A stretch of 64,000 bases of DNA from Anaeromyxobacteraceae bacterium (lineage in GTDB: Bacteria; Myxococcota; Myxococcia; Myxococcales; Anaeromyxobacteraceae), in assembly GCA_047602405.1 (NCBI GenBank), contig JASGHJ010000001.1, positions 1,984,001-2,048,000 of the forward strand, read 5' to 3'. Position 1 is the stretch's first letter, and each line of letters starts with the position of its first letter. Below are positions 57,984 to 64,000 of the stretch, one piece after another. The notes below the pieces were generated by a model. That model saw nothing but the letters and a program-made list of their open reading frames with translations. It searched no databases and was not told where the DNA came from. The translations under genes were made by a program, and so were the position numbers.

Positions 57984-58063
57984 GGTGACGACGCCGCAAC
58001 GTCCGTTGAACGGCCCGGTTCACGCTGCTAGGCTCGAAAGTACCCCTGCCGGAGGAAGCAGCC

Positions 58064-58411
58064 GTGAATTCCGCCATCGAGGCCCTGAGCGAGGAGCGCG
58101 CGGCGGACCGCCGCGAGAGCGACCGCGTCCCCATCTCGCTCTTCGTCCGCGACGCCGCCGCCGGTGGCTCGTTCGAGGAGCACGACGGGAACATCGCGCT
58201 CGGCGGCTTCTACTTCGCGGCGCAGCACCCCCCCGGGAGCGACCGGTTCGACGTCCGCGTGCTGCTCCCGGGCACGAAGGACGAGTTCACCGCCACCGGC
58301 GAGGTGCTCCGCATCTCCCGCGACGGCGTGCTGTACGGCACGCACCTGCGCTTCAGCGACATCGGCCTCGAGGCGGAGCTCGCCCTCGCCCGCTGGCTGC
58401 AGCGGGGCTAG
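58064..58411 (+). CDS. Single PilZ-domain protein
   Basis: RRESDRVPI (RxxxR), NIALGG; GGAGGA SD. Confidence 0.75.
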   Translation: MNSAIEALSEERAADRRESDRVPISLFVRDAAAGGSFEEHDGNIALGGFYFAAQHPPGSDRFDVRVLLPGTKDEFTATGEVLRISRDGVLYGTHLRFSDIGLEAELALARWLQRG

Positions 58412-58413
58412 CC

Positions 58414-58845
58414 GTGGCGGCCGCGGGTCCTGCATCCCCGGGCGCCCGGCGGCGCCTCGTCGCCGCCGCCCGCGCCGCGCGCGCGAACGCCCACGCCCCG
58501 TACTCGCGCTTCCGGGTCGGCGCGGCCGTCCTCGCCGGCCGCCGGGTGCACGCGGGCTGCAACGTCGAGAACGCGAGCTACGGGCTCACCACCTGCGCCG
58601 AGCGGAACGCGATCGCCGCGGCGGTCCTCGCGGGCGCGCGCCACGTCGACGCGGTGGCGGTCGCCTCGGGCACCGACGAACCGACCCCGCCCTGCGGCGC
58701 CTGCCTGCAGGTGCTCGCGGAGTTCGGCGGGCCGGACCTCGTGGTCGTGCTCGCCGGCCTCCGCGGCGAGGTGGTGCGGACGCTCGGCGAGCTCATGCCG
58801 CACGGGTTCGGGAAGGCGTTCCTCGGCAAGGGCCAGCGGGGCTAG
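58414..58845 (+). CDS. cdd: Cytidine deaminase
   Basis: APYSRFRVGAA, GCNVENASY, CAERNA, PCGAC. Confidence 0.95.
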   Translation: MAAAGPASPGARRRLVAAARAARANAHAPYSRFRVGAAVLAGRRVHAGCNVENASYGLTTCAERNAIAAAVLAGARHVDAVAVASGTDEPTPPCGACLQVLAEFGGPDLVVVLAGLRGEVVRTLGELMPHGFGKAFLGKGQRG

Positions 58846-59805
58846 ATGCGGACGGTCGGCGGCATGAAGGTGCTCGGCTCCATCGAGGAGGCCAGGGAGA
58901 CCGGCGCGGTCCGCGGCGGGGCGGTCGCGATCGGCAACTTCGACGGCGTCCACCTCGGCCACCAGGCGCTCATGCGGCTCGCCAGGGAGCGCGCCGCCGC
59001 GCGGGGCGCGCCCTCGGCGGTGCTCACGTTCGACCCGCACCCGGTCCGCGTGCTGCGCCCCTCGGTGGCGCCGCCGGTGCTCACCGCGCTGCCGCGCAAG
59101 CTCGAGCTCCTCGCCGGGCTCGGCCTCGACGCCACGGTCGTGCAGCCCTTCGACCTCGCCTGGGCCCGGACCACCGCCGAGGTCTTCGTCGAGCGCGACC
59201 TCGCCGGCGGGCTCGGCGTGAAGGACGTCGTCGTCGGCCACGACTTCACGGCCGGCAACCAGCGCGCGCGCGTCGACGCGCTCCGCCCCATGCTCGAGGC
59301 CCGCGGGATCGCGCTCCAGGTCGTCGCGCCGGTCGCCTCCGACGGCCTCGTCGTCTCGTCCACGAAGATCCGCGAGCTGCTCCTCGAGGGGAACGTGGAG
59401 GACGCCGCCGCGCTCCTCACCCGCCCGCACGACGTCACCGGCGAGGTGGTGCGCGGCGCCGGGCGGGGGCGGGGGTTCGGGTTCGGCACCGCGAACGTCG
59501 CGACGCCGTGCCTGCTGCCGCGGAACGGGGTCTACGCGGTGCGGGCCGTGGTCGGGGCGCGGGCCGAGCAGGGCGGGGTCTGCAACGTGGGCGTGAAGCC
59601 CACGGTCGAGGCGGCGGGCGGGGTCACCTGCGAGGTGCACCTGTTCGATCACGACGGCTCGGACCTGTACGGCGAGGCGATCCGGGTGGCCTTCGTGGCG
59701 CGGCTGCGCGAGGAGCGCCGGTTCCCGTCGGTGGACGCCCTGCGCGCCCAGATCGCCGAGGATGCGGCGAAGGCGCGCGCGCTCGTGGGCCCGGGGTCGA
59801 TGTAG
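58846..59805 (+). CDS. ribF: Bifunctional riboflavin kinase/FAD synthetase
   Basis: GNFDGVHLGHQ, SSTKIR, GTAN, GVY, EVHLFD; start may be 58864. Confidence 0.95.
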   Translation: MRTVGGMKVLGSIEEARETGAVRGGAVAIGNFDGVHLGHQALMRLARERAAARGAPSAVLTFDPHPVRVLRPSVAPPVLTALPRKLELLAGLGLDATVVQPFDLAWARTTAEVFVERDLAGGLGVKDVVVGHDFTAGNQRARVDALRPMLEARGIALQVVAPVASDGLVVSSTKIRELLLEGNVEDAAALLTRPHDVTGEVVRGAGRGRGFGFGTANVATPCLLPRNGVYAVRAVVGARAEQGGVCNVGVKPTVEAAGGVTCEVHLFDHDGSDLYGEAIRVAFVARLREERRFPSVDALRAQIAEDAAKARALVGPGSM

Positions 59806-59962
59806 GACGGCCGGACGGGCTTTTTCGGTGTGGTATCGCGGGGTTCCAGCAGGCCCCTTCCTTGACCCTCCGAGGAACCGCCTGTTAAGGTCGTAGGGCT
59901 GTGGGCCCCGCTCGTCCCCCCGACGAGCGGGGGCGCCCGACAGCCCTCGGAGAGACCACACC

Positions 59963-61670
<1,708 letters not shown>

Positions 61671-61678
61671 GACCCACC

Positions 61679-62785
61679 GTGGCGAACCTTCATCAGCTCC
61701 TCAAGGCGATGGTCGAGAAGGGGGCGTCCGACCTCCACATCACGACCGGCTCGCCGCCGCAGCTCCGCATCGACGGGCGGCTCGTGCCGCTCAAGACCCC
61801 GCCGCTGTCGCCCGTCGACACGAAGCAGCTCTGCTACTCCATCCTCACCGACGCGCAGAAGCACAAGTTCGAGGAGGAGAACGAGCTCGACCTCTCCTTC
61901 GGGGTGAAGGGGCTGTCGCGCTTCCGCTCCAACATCTTCATGCAGCGTGGCGCCGTCGCCGGCGCGTTCCGCACCATCCCCTTCAAGATCCTGACCTTCG
62001 CCGAGCTGGGCCTGCCCGCCATCGTGCAGGACCTCGCGAAGAAACCGCGCGGCCTCGTGCTCGTCACCGGCCCCACCGGCTCCGGCAAGTCGACGACGCT
62101 CGCCTCCATCATCGACAAGATCAACACCGACCGGCACGAGCACATCCTCACCATCGAGGATCCGATCGAGTACCTGCACCCGCACAAGAACTGCCTCGTG
62201 AACCAGCGCGAGGTGGGGGCGGACACGCAGAGCTTCAAGAAGGCGCTCAAGTACATCCTCCGCCAGGACCCGGACGTCGTCCTCATCGGCGAGATGCGAG
62301 ACCTCGAGACCGTCGAGGCGGCGCTCGTGATCTCCGAGACCGGCCACCTCGCCTTCGCGACCCTGCACACGAACAGCGCGGTGCAGACCATCAACCGCAT
62401 CCTGGACGTGTTCCCGCCCTACCAGCAGCCGCAGGTGCGCGCGCAGCTCTCGTTCGTGCTCGAGGGCGTGCTCACCCAGAACCTCCTGCCGCGCGCGGGC
62501 GCGCCGGGCCGCGTCCTCATCGTCGAGGTCATGGTCCCGAACCCCGCCATCCGGAACCTCATCCGCGAGGACAAGGTCCACCAGATCTACTCGCAGATGC
62601 AGGTCGGCCAGGCGAAGTTCGGGATGCAGACGTTCAACCAGGGCCTCGCCGCCGCCTTCGCGCGCCGGCTCGTCACGATGGAGGAGGCGCTCGGCCGGTC
62701 GTCCGACCCCGAGGAGCTCAAGAACCTGCTCGCCGGCAGCGCCGCGGCGGCCGGACAGGCGCGCGGGGCCCCGCCCGCCCGGTAG
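61679..62785 (+). CDS. pilT: Type IV pilus retraction ATPase
   Basis: ASDLH, GPTGSGKST, TIEDPIE, AIRNLIRE. Confidence 0.96.
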   Translation: MANLHQLLKAMVEKGASDLHITTGSPPQLRIDGRLVPLKTPPLSPVDTKQLCYSILTDAQKHKFEEENELDLSFGVKGLSRFRSNIFMQRGAVAGAFRTIPFKILTFAELGLPAIVQDLAKKPRGLVLVTGPTGSGKSTTLASIIDKINTDRHEHILTIEDPIEYLHPHKNCLVNQREVGADTQSFKKALKYILRQDPDVVLIGEMRDLETVEAALVISETGHLAFATLHTNSAVQTINRILDVFPPYQQPQVRAQLSFVLEGVLTQNLLPRAGAPGRVLIVEVMVPNPAIRNLIREDKVHQIYSQMQVGQAKFGMQTFNQGLAAAFARRLVTMEEALGRSSDPEELKNLLAGSAAAAGQARGAPPAR

Positions 62786-62843
62786 CCGATTCGACCGGCG
62801 GGGGACGCTCCGCTAGGATCGCCGAGGAACGAGGACCGACCGA

Positions 62844-64000
62844 ATGGCCCAGGCAGCTGCCGTCAAGACCAAGGCCCCGACCGCGAAGCCGCTCGTCTTC
62901 CGCTGGACCGGGAAGACGAAGAACGGCGACGTGCGCTCGGGCGAGATGGAGGCGACCGAGAAGGCCAACGTCGAGGCGCGCCTGCGGCAGATGGGGCTCG
63001 AGCCGACGAAGGTCGCCCGCAAGCTGCCCGAGCTGAAGCTCCGGCTGCCCGGCGCCGGCGGCGTCTCGATCAAGGACCTCGTCGTCTTCACCCGCCAGTT
63101 CTCGGTGATGATCGACGCCGGCCTGCCGCTCGTGCAGGCCCTCGACATCATCGGCAACCAGGCCGAGAACGCGAACTTCCGCAAGATCCTCCTCACCGTG
63201 AAGTCGAAGGTCGAGGCGGGCTCCACCTTCGCCGACGCCCTCGCCGAGCACCCCAAGGCGTTCGACGAGCTGTTCGTCCAGCTCATCCGCGCCGGCGAGG
63301 TGGGCGGCATCCTCGACACCATCCTCCAGCGCCTCGGGGCCTACCTCGAGAAGAACGACAAGCTGAAGCGGCGCGTGAAGGGCGCGATGAGCTACCCGAT
63401 CATCGTGCTCCTCGTCTCGGTGGCGGTCGTCGGCGTCCTCATCGGCAAGGTCGTCCCGACGTTCGAGAAGATGTTCAAGGACATGGGCGGCGCGCTCCCG
63501 GCCCCGACCCAGGCGCTCGTCGACCTGTCCCACATCTTCACGGACAGGTGGTACCTGTTCTTCGGCGTGCCGGCGGCGATCGCCTTCGCCTTCGGCGCGG
63601 TGACGCGCAAGGGCCGCGGCCAGGAGGTCTGGCACGCGACGGTCCTCAAGCTCCCGCTCTTCGGCCCGCTCGTGCAGAAGACCGCGGTGGCCCGCTTCAC
63701 CCGCACGCTCGGCACCATGCTCTCCTCCGGCGTGCCCATCCTCGACGCGCTCGAGAATCGTGGCCCGCTCGGCCGGCAACCGCGTCGTCGAGAAGGCCAT
63801 CCTCTACGTCCGCGCCAAGATCTCCGAGGGCAAGAACATCGCCGGCCCGCTCGCCGAGACCAAGGTGTTCCCGCCCATGGTCGTGCAGATGATCGGCGTC
63901 GGCGAGGCCACCGGCGCGATGGACACCATGCTCAACAAGGTGGCCGACTTCTACGACGACGAGGTCGACGTCGCGATCGGCTCCCTCACGAGCATGATCG
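62844..64000 (+). CDS. pilC: Type IV pilus platform protein (+1 frameshift near 63756; 3' end outside window)
   Basis: FTRQFS.MIDAGLPL, AGEVGG.LD, ARFTRTLGT, GEATG. Confidence 0.95.
   Translation, partial: MAQAAAVKTKAPTAKPLVFRWTGKTKNGDVRSGEMEATEKANVEARLRQMGLEPTKVARKLPELKLRLPGAGGVSIKDLVVFTRQFSVMIDAGLPLVQALDIIGNQAENANFRKILLTVKSKVEAGSTFADALAEHPKAFDELFVQLIRAGEVGGILDTILQRLGAYLEKNDKLKRRVKGAMSYPIIVLLVSVAVVGVLIGKVVPTFEKMFKDMGGALPAPTQALVDLSHIFTDRWYLFFGVPAAIAFAFGAVTRKGRGQEVWHATVLKLPLFGPLVQKTAVARFTRTLGTMLSSGVPILDALENRGPLGRQPRRREGHPLRPRQDLRGQEHRRPARRDQGVPAHGRADDRRRRGHRRDGHHAQQGGRLLRRRGRRRDRLPHEHD

Noticed and set aside
59828..59850. Sigma54 promoter upstream of pilB (TGGTAT...)
   Set aside because: The -12 position reads GTTC rather than TTGC; match too weak to call.

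Overview
Very GC-rich chromosomal segment whose gene content and order (frz chemosensory cluster, ribF-pilB-pilT-pilC, fused argJ-argB) point to a myxobacterium, most likely Anaeromyxobacter-like (inference). Mostly core genes: arg and dap biosynthesis, iscS/iscA, nucleoside salvage, Frz, type IV pilus, three tRNAs (Asp, Val, Leu). An accessory zone at about 2.4-7.3 kb holds Fic, GNAT, a rifampin ADP-ribosyltransferase (Arr) with an N-terminal zinc-knuckle, and a 1.8-kb integrase-free islet bounded by 112-bp direct repeats that include the tRNA-Asp 3' end. The most striking unexplained structure is a ~45-50-bp palindromic repeat family (GTCCCTCG(A/T)C-hairpin-ACGCTC(G/A)GG...) found both between genes and in frame inside three housekeeping or signalling genes (dapF, frzF, pdp), where it adds peptide. 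Nine +1 frameshifts in eight genes all fall at GATC or GAAGAGC, which suggests systematic sequencing error, possibly at methylated sites. No CRISPR array, integrase or transposase was seen. All product calls come from motif recognition, not database searches.
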